From NCBI GenBank assembly GCA_021735045.1, contig JAIPHU010000014.1, positions 1-29,926 of the forward strand: a DNA stretch of 29,926 nt. The letters run 5' to 3'. Position numbers and translations under genes: made by a program. The stretch is from Candidatus Omnitrophota bacterium (lineage in GTDB: Bacteria > Omnitrophota > Gorgyraeia > Duberdicusellales > 4484-171). Shown in pieces: positions 6,782-14,586 of the stretch. Position 1 is the first letter of the stretch. The number at the start of each line of letters is the position of its first letter. A model generated the notes under the pieces. It did not search any database. It had not been told where the DNA came from and was given only the letters and a program-made list of their open reading frames with translations.

Positions 6782-7519
6782 ATGAAAAAGGAAGATTTAA
6801 AAAGTTTGAAAAAAGCTGGATATGCACTTTCGTTAATTTTAAAAAAATTAAGAAAGTTTATAAGACCAGGCGTTACTGGCTTAGATATAAATAATTTTGC
6901 TGTAGATTTTTTAAAAACAAATTTTCCCGGTTATAATTTATCTTCTAAAGGTTATGGAGGTTTTCCTAAATCTGTATGTGTATCTTTTAATGAGAATATT
7001 ATTCATGGGATCCCTTCTGAAAAGTCAGTAGAAAAAGGGGATATAGTAAAAGTTGATATAGTAGTTGACTACCAAGGCTGGCATGCGGATTCAGCTTATA
7101 CTTATATAATAGGAAAAGTTTCTCGTGATGAAAAAAGATTGGTTAAAACAACAAAAAAGTCTTTAGATGCAGCAATTAAGGTTTCTCGGGCTGGAAATAC
7201 TATCGGAGATATAGGTTATACTGTCCAAAATGTTATAGAAAGTCAAGGTTTTTCAGTTATGAGAAAATATTGCGGGCATGGTTTAGGTAGGTCGATGCAT
7301 GAAGCACCATCTATTCCTAACTTTGGTAGCCCAGGAGAAGGAGTAAAATTAGAAGAAGGGATGGTTATTGCAATTGAGCCGATGGCTTTTACCGGAAGCC
7401 ATGAAGTTGAGGTAGCTGAAAATGGCTGGGATGTTTTCGCTAAAGATAGATCGCAGACCGCTCATTTTGAACACACTCTTTTAATCAGGAAGGGTAAACC
7501 GATTGTAATTACAAAATAA
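6782..7519 (+). CDS. map: Type I methionine aminopeptidase
   Basis: Metal-ligand context VDIVVDYQGWHADSAYTY, GHGLGRSMHEAP, IEPM and HFEHTL. I prefer the ATG at 6782 (MKKEDLKSLKKAG...) over the TTG at 6770. Confidence 0.92.
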   Translation: MKKEDLKSLKKAGYALSLILKKLRKFIRPGVTGLDINNFAVDFLKTNFPGYNLSSKGYGGFPKSVCVSFNENIIHGIPSEKSVEKGDIVKVDIVVDYQGWHADSAYTYIIGKVSRDEKRLVKTTKKSLDAAIKVSRAGNTIGDIGYTVQNVIESQGFSVMRKYCGHGLGRSMHEAPSIPNFGSPGEGVKLEEGMVIAIEPMAFTGSHEVEVAENGWDVFAKDRSQTAHFEHTLLIRKGKPIVITK

Positions 7520-7531
7520 AGGAGAAATATT

Positions 7532-7735
7532 ATGCCTATTTATAATTACTTATGCAAAGATTGCGGAGAAAAATTTGAACTTTTATTAGGAATGACTACA
7601 GATAAGCCTAAAATTATCTGCAAAAAATGCGGAAGCAAAAATATTAAAAAAGAATTTTCTGCTTTTAGTACACCTAAAAATTCAGATAGTGGTTCTTCGG
7701 GATCTTGTCCTACAGGAAGTTGCCCCTTAGGATAA
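7532..7735 (+). CDS. FmdB-family zinc-ribbon protein (CxxC...CxxC)
   Basis: MPIYNYLCKDCGEKFE...CKKCGS with a Ser/Gly/Cys-rich tail. SD AAGGAG upstream. Confidence 0.75.
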   Translation: MPIYNYLCKDCGEKFELLLGMTTDKPKIICKKCGSKNIKKEFSAFSTPKNSDSGSSGSCPTGSCPLG

Positions 7736-7740
7736 TAAAT

Positions 7741-8184
7741 ATGACTGCAAATAAAGATAAAATAATTAGTTATAGCCATAAACTTAATTGGCAGAAAGCT
7801 AAAATTGGAAAACTTTCTGCGGATAAAAAAGAGATTATTGAAATTGCTACTCCTGCTGACTTTGGTGGGCCTGATGGTTTTTGGAGCCCGGAAGATTTAT
7901 TTGTGGCTTCAGTTAATTCTTGTGTAATGACAACTTTTTTATTTTTCATTCAGAAAAGAAAAATTAAATTATTAGATTATGAAAGCAAAGCAGAAGGATT
8001 TATAGAAAAAAGAGAAGGAAAACTAAAATTTAGAGAAATTATTATTCAGCCTACCATTGTTATTCCAGAAGATGTTTCAGAAAATCAGATAATTAAAATA
8101 ATTGAGCTTTCCAAAAAGCATTGCCTTATTTCTAATTCTATTAATTGTTTTGTTGAGTTAAAATATCAAATTAAAAAAAGATAA
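7741..8184 (+). CDS. OsmC/Ohr-family protein
   Basis: SPEDLFVASVNSCVMTTF and KHCLISNSI carry the two conserved Cys contexts of OsmC. Starting at the ATG at 7741 avoids overlap with the upstream gene; the track start at 7705 is rejected. Confidence 0.75.
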   Translation: MTANKDKIISYSHKLNWQKAKIGKLSADKKEIIEIATPADFGGPDGFWSPEDLFVASVNSCVMTTFLFFIQKRKIKLLDYESKAEGFIEKREGKLKFREIIIQPTIVIPEDVSENQIIKIIELSKKHCLISNSINCFVELKYQIKKR

Positions 8185-8198
8185 ATTTTTTAATTAAA

Positions 8199-8819
8199 AT
8201 GAGTATTTTTGATAGGGAATATAAAAGGTATGATAGTTGGTATGAAAGAAATAAATTTGCTTATTTATCAGAGTTAAATTTACTTCGTGAATTAATCCCT
8301 AAAAAGAAAAAGGGCTTAGAGGTAGGGGTAGGGACCGCTAGATTTGCTGAGGAGTTAAAAACAGATTTTGGAATTGACCCCTCTTTTAATATGATAAAAA
8401 TTGCAAAAGAAAGAGGGATAAAATGCACTGTTGCTTCAGGAGAGAACCTTCCTTTTAGGAATAATTCCTTTGATTACTTAACGATGATTATTACAATTTG
8501 TTTTATTGATAATCCTGCCAAGGCTTTATGGGAAGCTAAAAGAGTTTTAAGAAAAAAAGGAAAAATTATTATAGGATTTATAGATAAAATGAGTTTTTTA
8601 GGTAAATTTTATCAAAAAAAACAGAGTCCTTTTTATAAACAGGCAAAGTTTTTTTCTATTGATTCAATTTCAAAATTGTTAACCAGCCAAGCCTTTCAAG
8701 ACCTTTCTTATTTTCAAACTTTGTTTGATTTTCCTAATAGTTTAAACCAGCCGGATAAGCCAAAAACTGGATACGGCAAAGGTAGTTTCGTTGTAGTTAA
8801 AGCCTCTAAAGGTGATTAA
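8199..8819 (+). CDS. Class I SAM-dependent methyltransferase (Methyltransf_11-like)
   Basis: Motif I GLEVGVGTARFA, plus LRKKGKIIIG and LPFRNNSFDYL. Confidence 0.75.
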   Translation: MSIFDREYKRYDSWYERNKFAYLSELNLLRELIPKKKKGLEVGVGTARFAEELKTDFGIDPSFNMIKIAKERGIKCTVASGENLPFRNNSFDYLTMIITICFIDNPAKALWEAKRVLRKKGKIIIGFIDKMSFLGKFYQKKQSPFYKQAKFFSIDSISKLLTSQAFQDLSYFQTLFDFPNSLNQPDKPKTGYGKGSFVVVKASKGD

Positions 8820-8836
8820 AAAGGTGGTTAAGTAAA

Positions 8837-8865
8837 TTGACAAACTATGATCCATATATTAGACT
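8837..8865 (+). promoter_or_regulatory. Candidate sigma70-type promoter of feoAB
   Basis: TTGACA (8837-8842), a 17-nt spacer, then TAGACT (8860-8865). The -35 is perfect and the -10 matches 4 of 6. Confidence 0.35.
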
Positions 8866-8867
8866 TA

Positions 8868-8880
8868 TCTAATAATTAGA
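8868..8880. promoter_or_regulatory. Perfect 6-1-6 palindrome, candidate metalloregulator (Fur-like) operator
   Basis: TCTAAT-A-ATTAGA lies 3 nt downstream of the putative -10 and 30 nt upstream of the feoA ATG. Confidence 0.35.
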
Positions 8881-8909
8881 AAATTTGTAAATAAGAGGAA
8901 AAATTAATA

Positions 8910-9134
8910 ATGATTAATTTACTTCAACTTAAATCCAATCAATCCGGTAAAATTATATCTATTGCCGGTGGTAGAGGATTGGTTGCACGTTTTAATAATC
9001 TAGGAATTAGAGAAGGTGCTCAGGTAAAAAAAGTAACTGGTTATTTCCGTGGCGGGCCTGTAGTTATAAAGATTGATGGCACCCAACTTGCTTTAGGTAG
9101 GGGAATGGCTTCGAAAATAATGGTAGAGATATAA
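8910..9134 (+). CDS. feoA: Ferrous iron transport protein A
   Basis: 74 aa with an SH3-like FeoA pattern (GKIISI...LGIREGAQVKKV...GPVVIKIDGTQLALGRGMASKIMV). Its stop overlaps the feoB start (TAATG). Confidence 0.85.
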   Translation: MINLLQLKSNQSGKIISIAGGRGLVARFNNLGIREGAQVKKVTGYFRGGPVVIKIDGTQLALGRGMASKIMVEI

Positions 9135-10855
9135 TGAAGGTAGTATTAACTGGTAATCCTAATGTTGGTAAAAGTGTAGTTTTTAATCGGCTTACTGGAG
9201 CAAAAGTTATTGCTTCAAACTATCCTGGGACAACAGTAAGTGTTGCTAAAGGTAAGATGCATTTTTTTAATATTAAAGCCGAAGTAATAGACACCCCAGG
9301 TTCTTATAGCCTAGAACCTTCAACTAAAGCAGAAGAAGTAGCAGTTGATCTAGTAGATGATGCCGATTTAATTATCGATGTGCTTGATGCTACTAACTTA
9401 GAAAGGAATCTCTATCTTACCTTAGAATTGATTCGTAAAAAAGATAAGCCTTTAATTGTTGTTTTGAATATGTGGGATGAAACAAAACATAAAGGAGTTG
9501 ATATAGATATCAAAAAGTTAGAGGAATTTTTAGGAGTTCCAGTTATAGCAACTTGTGCTTTAAGTGGAGAAGGCATAAAAGATTTAGTTTTTGCAATTAA
9601 TAAAGCCAAAAAGTCTCATCTTAAAGATTTAAAGGAACCATTATGGATAGAAATTGGAAAAATTGTTGAAAAAGTTCAAAAGCTTACTCATCGTCATCAT
9701 AGTTTTTTAGATATTTTAGAGGAAATAAGTATTAGGCCGCCTTTTTCTTTTTTTATTGCAGCCGCCATTATATTTTTATCATTTTCTGTAGTTAGATTTG
9801 TCGGAGAAGGTTTAATTAACTATCTGTTAGAGCCTTTATTTAACAATTTTTATACGCCTTTGATGATGAAATTAAGTTCAATGTTTGGGCCAGGTTCTTT
9901 TCTCCACAGTTTATTCATTGGAGATTTAATAGAAGGTTCAATAGATTATGGTGTTTCATTTGGCATTTTAACAACCGGTATCTATGTACCAATAGCGATG
10001 GTTATGCCTTATATCTTTAGTTTTTATCTTATATTAGGATTTTTAGAAGATTGGGGTTATCTGCCTCGTCTGGCAATTTTAGGAGATAGGTTATTTCATA
10101 AGTTAGGACTTCATGGTTATGCTATAGTTCCGATGATTTTAGGCCTAGGTTGTAATGTACCGGGTGCTTTAGCTACAAGGCTTTTTGAAGAAAGAAGAGA
10201 AAAATTTATTGCTGCGACTTTGCTTGCAGTAGCAGTTCCTTGCATGGCGCAAACGGCGATGATTATAAATTTGTTAGGGCGTTTTGGTGGCCAATATATA
10301 TTTATTGTTTTTTTGACTTTATTTTTGGTTTGGTTTAGCTTAGGAAAGTTGATGAATATTTTTACCAAGGGAGAAAGCCCTGAAATTTTAATAGAAGTTC
10401 CTCCTTATCGAATGCCGCATTTTGGGAGTGCTTTGAAAAAATTATGGTTAAGGGTTAACTCATTTTTTAAGGAAGCAATCCCGCTTGTTCTTTTAGGGGT
10501 GTTGTTAGTAAATTTATTAAATGTTTTAGGGGTTATTAATTTTTTAGCTAAAATATTTTCGCCAGTTATAACAAAAATCTGGCAACTTCCCCAGGAAGCA
10601 ATTGGGGCATTAGTAGTGGGGTTTTTGCGTAAAGATGTGGCAGTAGGGATGCTTCGGCCACTAGGATTAACCCTGCGGCAACTTATCGTAGGGGCCACAA
10701 TTTTAGGGATTTACTTTCCTTGTATGGCTACTTTTATAGTGTTAGTTAAAGAAGTTGGCATAAAAGATATGTTAAAGTCAATTTTGATTATGTTATCTAC
10801 AGCTATGATAGTTGGGGGTTTATTAAACTATATCTTAAAGTTGGTTGGGATATAG
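9134..10855 (+). CDS. feoB: Ferrous iron transporter B (G-domain plus polytopic permease)
   Basis: G1 GNPNVGKS, G3 DTPG and G4 NMWD, followed by a gate-motif membrane domain. Confidence 0.95.
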   Translation: MKVVLTGNPNVGKSVVFNRLTGAKVIASNYPGTTVSVAKGKMHFFNIKAEVIDTPGSYSLEPSTKAEEVAVDLVDDADLIIDVLDATNLERNLYLTLELIRKKDKPLIVVLNMWDETKHKGVDIDIKKLEEFLGVPVIATCALSGEGIKDLVFAINKAKKSHLKDLKEPLWIEIGKIVEKVQKLTHRHHSFLDILEEISIRPPFSFFIAAAIIFLSFSVVRFVGEGLINYLLEPLFNNFYTPLMMKLSSMFGPGSFLHSLFIGDLIEGSIDYGVSFGILTTGIYVPIAMVMPYIFSFYLILGFLEDWGYLPRLAILGDRLFHKLGLHGYAIVPMILGLGCNVPGALATRLFEERREKFIAATLLAVAVPCMAQTAMIINLLGRFGGQYIFIVFLTLFLVWFSLGKLMNIFTKGESPEILIEVPPYRMPHFGSALKKLWLRVNSFFKEAIPLVLLGVLLVNLLNVLGVINFLAKIFSPVITKIWQLPQEAIGALVVGFLRKDVAVGMLRPLGLTLRQLIVGATILGIYFPCMATFIVLVKEVGIKDMLKSILIMLSTAMIVGGLLNYILKLVGI

Positions 10856-10864
10856 GTTAAGAAC

Positions 10865-11719
10865 TTAAAATAAAGAAGTTCCATCACAACTATTGGTATT
10901 AAGATTTTCTAATTTTTCTCTGCAAGTTGAGAACTCCAGCCCTACCTTTAAAGCTTCTTTTCTTACTTTTTCTATCAGCATCTTTCGTTTTTTTTCTTCT
11001 AGATAAAGATAACTACCTATTTTTTGTCCCTCTTTTTTGTATATTTTTCCCCAAAGTTCGTTGAATTTAGGAAATATTTGATTTAATCTTTTGAAATTAT
11101 CAGTTTTTGCCTTATAAGTTGAACTTATAATTTGTTTAGCCCCCGCTTCTTTTATTTTTTCAACAACTCTTTCTATGTTTTTAGTGTTTAAAGGATAGAT
11201 CAAAGGGTCAAATCTTACAACAATCGGCATAAATTCTGATAATTGGTTAATTGCCTTTAATCTTTTTGAGGGGGGTGGACAATTTGGTTCTAATTTTTTT
11301 GAGAGATTTTTGTCAAGAGTAGTCAGAGAGATAGTTACTAAAATTTTTTTAAATTTTTTCAGCAAATCCAAATCTTTTAAAATTAAATCTGATTTTGTGA
11401 CTAAATTTATTCTAAAATCATAGTTTACTAATATCTTTAAAGTTTTATGAGTTAATTTTAACTTCCTTTCTAAAGGTTGGTAGGGGTCAGAAGAATTAGA
11501 TATCGCGATAGTTGAACCTACCGGTATTTTTTTAGCTTCTTTTTCTAACCTTTCTCTGTAATCTTTTTTAGGCCTTGGCTGATAAAATCTAGGAATATAT
11601 GAAGAGGCATAACAATAAAGACAACTGTGTCCGCAGCCGGTATAAGCGGATAAACTATATTTTGGCGGACAACTGCAAAGTGAACTCTGCCAAGGATCAA
11701 AAGGCTTAATTAAAGTCAT
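10865..11719 (-). CDS. Radical SAM protein (SplB/COG1533-like)
   Basis: CxxxCxxC cluster motif GCGHSCLYCYAS near the N-terminus, about 284 aa. Convergent with feoB with a 9-bp gap. Confidence 0.8.
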   Translation of the reverse strand: MTLIKPFDPWQSSLCSCPPKYSLSAYTGCGHSCLYCYASSYIPRFYQPRPKKDYRERLEKEAKKIPVGSTIAISNSSDPYQPLERKLKLTHKTLKILVNYDFRINLVTKSDLILKDLDLLKKFKKILVTISLTTLDKNLSKKLEPNCPPPSKRLKAINQLSEFMPIVVRFDPLIYPLNTKNIERVVEKIKEAGAKQIISSTYKAKTDNFKRLNQIFPKFNELWGKIYKKEGQKIGSYLYLEEKKRKMLIEKVRKEALKVGLEFSTCREKLENLNTNSCDGTSLF

Positions 11720-11896
11720 AAAACTATTTTAAGTTAAAGCTTCTCAGAGTCAATCTCTGTATTTACAGGTTTACAGACGTCTTACTTTTACCGAATATAG
11801 GACGTCTGCGGGACTAGGGGTTGTGTTGAAGAGGTTTAACCTCTCCAGTTTAAAGTGTTTAAAAAATAGGATAGCTGTGCAAAAGGCGGGTATTTG

Positions 11897-11905
11897 TGAT
11901 ATAAT
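11897..11905 (+). promoter_or_regulatory. Extended -10 element (TGATATAAT)
   Basis: TGnTATAAT match lies 30 nt upstream of the small lipoprotein ATG at 11935. No clear -35. Confidence 0.35.
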
Positions 11906-11934
11906 ATTGGGAAATAATTTAGCGGGAGGCAGTA

Positions 11935-12057
11935 ATGGTTAAAAGGTTTTGTTATTTTTTGTTAATAGGAATGTTTTTATTCTTAACTTCAGGTTGTGCT
12001 CTTTTGAAAACAGCAATTAGTGCAGCAGCTGCTTACGGAATTTCACAGGCATTTTAA
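11935..12057 (+). CDS. Small putative lipoprotein (40 aa), absent from the ORF track
   Basis: MVKRFCYFLLIGMFLFLTSGCALLKTAISAAAAYGISQAF: a positive N-terminus, hydrophobic core and lipobox LTSGC. SD GGGAGG lies 6 nt before the ATG. Confidence 0.5.
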   Translation: MVKRFCYFLLIGMFLFLTSGCALLKTAISAAAAYGISQAF

Positions 12058-12172
12058 GTTTGTTTTTAATCTTTGTAGCCCTTCTTTTTTAAGCCTATAT
12101 TTATTTTTTTAGATGATTTTTATTTTAGTTAATTTTTTTGGGCTAGGGGAGCGATAAGAATAAAGGAAATAT

Positions 12173-12883
12173 ATGAATAATTTATTTGATATTATTTTGT
12201 ATTCTTTTTTATCCGGAATTACAGTATTTTTTGGAGGGTTGTTACGGAAAATAGAAAATTTTCCTGAAGGCAAAAGAAAGGAAGAATTTTTACATAGTAT
12301 AATTGCTTTTGGCGGAGGCATTTTAGTTTCGGCAGTGGCTTTAGTATTGGTTCCTAAAGGCTTGAAAGAACTTTCGCTTTTGGCAATTATTATAATTTTT
12401 ATTGCGGGAGCTGTTTGCTTTTTTCTTTTTGATCGATTTATAAGTTCTCAAGGTGGGACAAAGGCACAGCTTATGGCTATGCTTATGGACTTTATTCCCG
12501 AGGCAATAGCTTTAGGAGCAGTCTTTGCTCATGATAAAAGCTTAGGCCTACTTTTAGCTATTTTTATTGGACTTCAAAACCTACCAGAGAGTTTTAACTC
12601 TTTTTCAGATCTAGTCAAAAGTGGAGTATCTGAGACAAAAGCATTGATAATATTTATACCTTTAAGCTTTTGCGGGGTAGTCGGTGCTGTTTTAGGTTAT
12701 TTATTTTTAGGTGGTTTCCCTAAAATAATTGCAGGACTTATGCTTTTTGCAGCTTCAGGAATCTTATATCTTACCTTTCAAGATATTGCACCACTGGCAA
12801 AAATTGAAAAAAATTGGCGCCCGGCCTTAGGTGCATCTTTAGGGTTTTTAGTGGGAATTATTGGCCAAAAAATTATTGGATAA
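12173..12883 (+). CDS. ZIP-family divalent metal transporter (ZupT-like)
   Basis: Polytopic protein with the ZIP signature region GLQNLPESF and DFIPEAIALG. Confidence 0.8.
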   Translation: MNNLFDIILYSFLSGITVFFGGLLRKIENFPEGKRKEEFLHSIIAFGGGILVSAVALVLVPKGLKELSLLAIIIIFIAGAVCFFLFDRFISSQGGTKAQLMAMLMDFIPEAIALGAVFAHDKSLGLLLAIFIGLQNLPESFNSFSDLVKSGVSETKALIIFIPLSFCGVVGAVLGYLFLGGFPKIIAGLMLFAASGILYLTFQDIAPLAKIEKNWRPALGASLGFLVGIIGQKIIG

Positions 12884-12903
12884 TTAGTAGATAAGTGGGA
12901 TAT

Positions 12904-12931
12904 TTGCTGCTTAAATTTTTTATGCTATAAT
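12904..12931 (+). promoter_or_regulatory. Candidate promoter of the trehalose cluster
   Basis: TTGCTG (12904-12909), a 16-nt spacer, then TGC-TATAAT (TATAAT at 12926-12931), about 45 nt upstream of the 12976 ATG. Confidence 0.45.
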
Positions 12932-12975
12932 AAAAACTCAAAAATTTTTAAAAAAAATTATAAATAAGGAGAAAG

Positions 12976-14586
12976 ATGTTACCAAAAGCTGCTATTTTTG
13001 ACCTTGATGGTGTCATAACCCAAACTGCTTTAGTCCATGAAGAAGCTTGGAAAGAAATGTTTGATGAGTACCTACGCCTTAGAGAAAAAAGAGATAACGA
13101 GCCATTTAAGGAGTTTAGAAAACCTAAGGATTACCTTGAGTTTGTTGATGGTAAACCAAGATATGAAGGAGTAAAGAGTTTTCTAGAGTCACGTAATATA
13201 AAGCTTTCTTTTGGGGATCCAACTGATAAACCTGGTAAAGAGACTATTTGTGGATTAGGGAATAAGAAAAATGAACGTTTTTTAGAGGTTTTACAAAAAG
13301 AAAAACCCAAAGTTTATGAAAATGCAGTTGATTTTATTAAAGCTCTTAAAAGCAAAGGAGTAAAAATTGGTGTTGCTTCGTCTTCTAAGAGCTGTAAACC
13401 AATACTTGAAACTGCCGGCCTTCTAGATTTATTTGAAACTAGAGTCGATGGTGTAATTTCTGCGGAGTTAGGTTTAACCGGCAAACCCGAAGGAGATATT
13501 TTTACAACTGCGGCAAGAAATTTAGGGGCAGAGCCTTTAGAATCAATGATAATAGAAGATGCAGTGTCAGGAGTCCAGGCTGGAAGAAATGGTAGTTTTG
13601 GTTTAGTTTTGGGCGTGGCGCGCCGCGATAATGAAGAAGAATTAGCTAGGCAAGGAGCTGATATTGTAGTCTCAAATTTTGCCAATATCAATGTAGAATT
13701 AATAGATGATTGGTTTAACCGAAAAGCAATACCTTTATTTTCTGCTTGGGAAAAGATAGATAAATCTTACAAAGACAAGGTAGTTGATTTTGAGCAAGAT
13801 GAAAAGATATTAGTTAACTCATATTATAAGCGTTCTGTGAAGGATGCATTATTTAGTAAAGAAAAAATTATTTTTTTTCTAGATTATGACGGGACTCTTA
13901 CTCCAATAGTTGAGAGGCCTGATATGGCAAAAATTTCAGATTCTATGCAGGACACTGTAAAGAAACTGGCCCAAAAATTTCCAGTATCTATTGTAAGCGG
14001 CAGAATGCGGGAAGATGTTCAAAGTTTAGTGGGTATTAAAGATTTATTTTATGCTGGAAGCCATGGGTTTGATATAAAAGGGCCGAACTTTGAAGTGATT
14101 CAACCTAAGGCCAAAGAAGTTATTCCTTTGGTTACAAAAATTATCACAGATCTTCATTCTAAATTAGATAAAATAGAGGGAGTAATTATAGAGGAAAAAA
14201 AATTCAGTGTTGCAGTTCATTATCGTTTGGTCAAAGAAGAAGATGAAATTAAAAAAATAAAGGAGTTAGTAGATTCAATAATCAGTAATAATAAAGAAAA
14301 CCTAAAGCTGTTATCTGGAAAAAAAGTTTTTGAGTTATTACCTAACATGGAATGGGATAAGGGCAAAGCCATAAGGTGGATTACTGAATCTATGAAAGTG
14401 GATTGGCAAACTACTTCAATTGTATATATTGGCGATGATACTACTGATGAATATGCTTTTTCTGCGATAAGAACACGAGGGACAGGCATTCTTGTTTCAG
14501 AAGAAGATAAACATTCTTTAGCACATTTTAAATTAGATTCACCAAAACAAGTAAGGGAGTTGTTTGAGCAAATCATCAAAAAATAG
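12976..14586 (+). CDS. Two-domain HAD protein: N-terminal beta-phosphoglucomutase-family domain fused to C-terminal trehalose-6-phosphate phosphatase (OtsB-like) domain
   Basis: The N domain has FDLDGVITQTALVHEEAW, GVASSSK and EDAVSGVQAG. The C domain has FFLDYDGTLTPIV, SGR, the HYR pattern and YIGDDTTDE. Confidence 0.8.
   Translation: MLPKAAIFDLDGVITQTALVHEEAWKEMFDEYLRLREKRDNEPFKEFRKPKDYLEFVDGKPRYEGVKSFLESRNIKLSFGDPTDKPGKETICGLGNKKNERFLEVLQKEKPKVYENAVDFIKALKSKGVKIGVASSSKSCKPILETAGLLDLFETRVDGVISAELGLTGKPEGDIFTTAARNLGAEPLESMIIEDAVSGVQAGRNGSFGLVLGVARRDNEEELARQGADIVVSNFANINVELIDDWFNRKAIPLFSAWEKIDKSYKDKVVDFEQDEKILVNSYYKRSVKDALFSKEKIIFFLDYDGTLTPIVERPDMAKISDSMQDTVKKLAQKFPVSIVSGRMREDVQSLVGIKDLFYAGSHGFDIKGPNFEVIQPKAKEVIPLVTKIITDLHSKLDKIEGVIIEEKKFSVAVHYRLVKEEDEIKKIKELVDSIISNNKENLKLLSGKKVFELLPNMEWDKGKAIRWITESMKVDWQTTSIVYIGDDTTDEYAFSAIRTRGTGILVSEEDKHSLAHFKLDSPKQVRELFEQIIKK

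Noticed and set aside
7546-7779. 77-aa - strand ORF, and the long-form start (7705) of the OsmC gene
   Set aside because: The - strand ORF is antisense to the FmdB zinc-ribbon gene. The 7705 start would overlap that gene by 31 nt, whereas the ATG at 7741 follows its stop directly and gives a normal OsmC N-terminus. The same logic applies to the TTG starts at 5047 and 6770 (ATG at 5056 and 6782 preferred) and the TTG at 71 (the ORF is open to the window edge).
12109-12321. 70-aa - strand ORF overlapping the start of the ZIP transporter gene
   Set aside because: It overlaps a well-supported + strand membrane protein gene and an AT-rich spacer. It is low-complexity with no SD.
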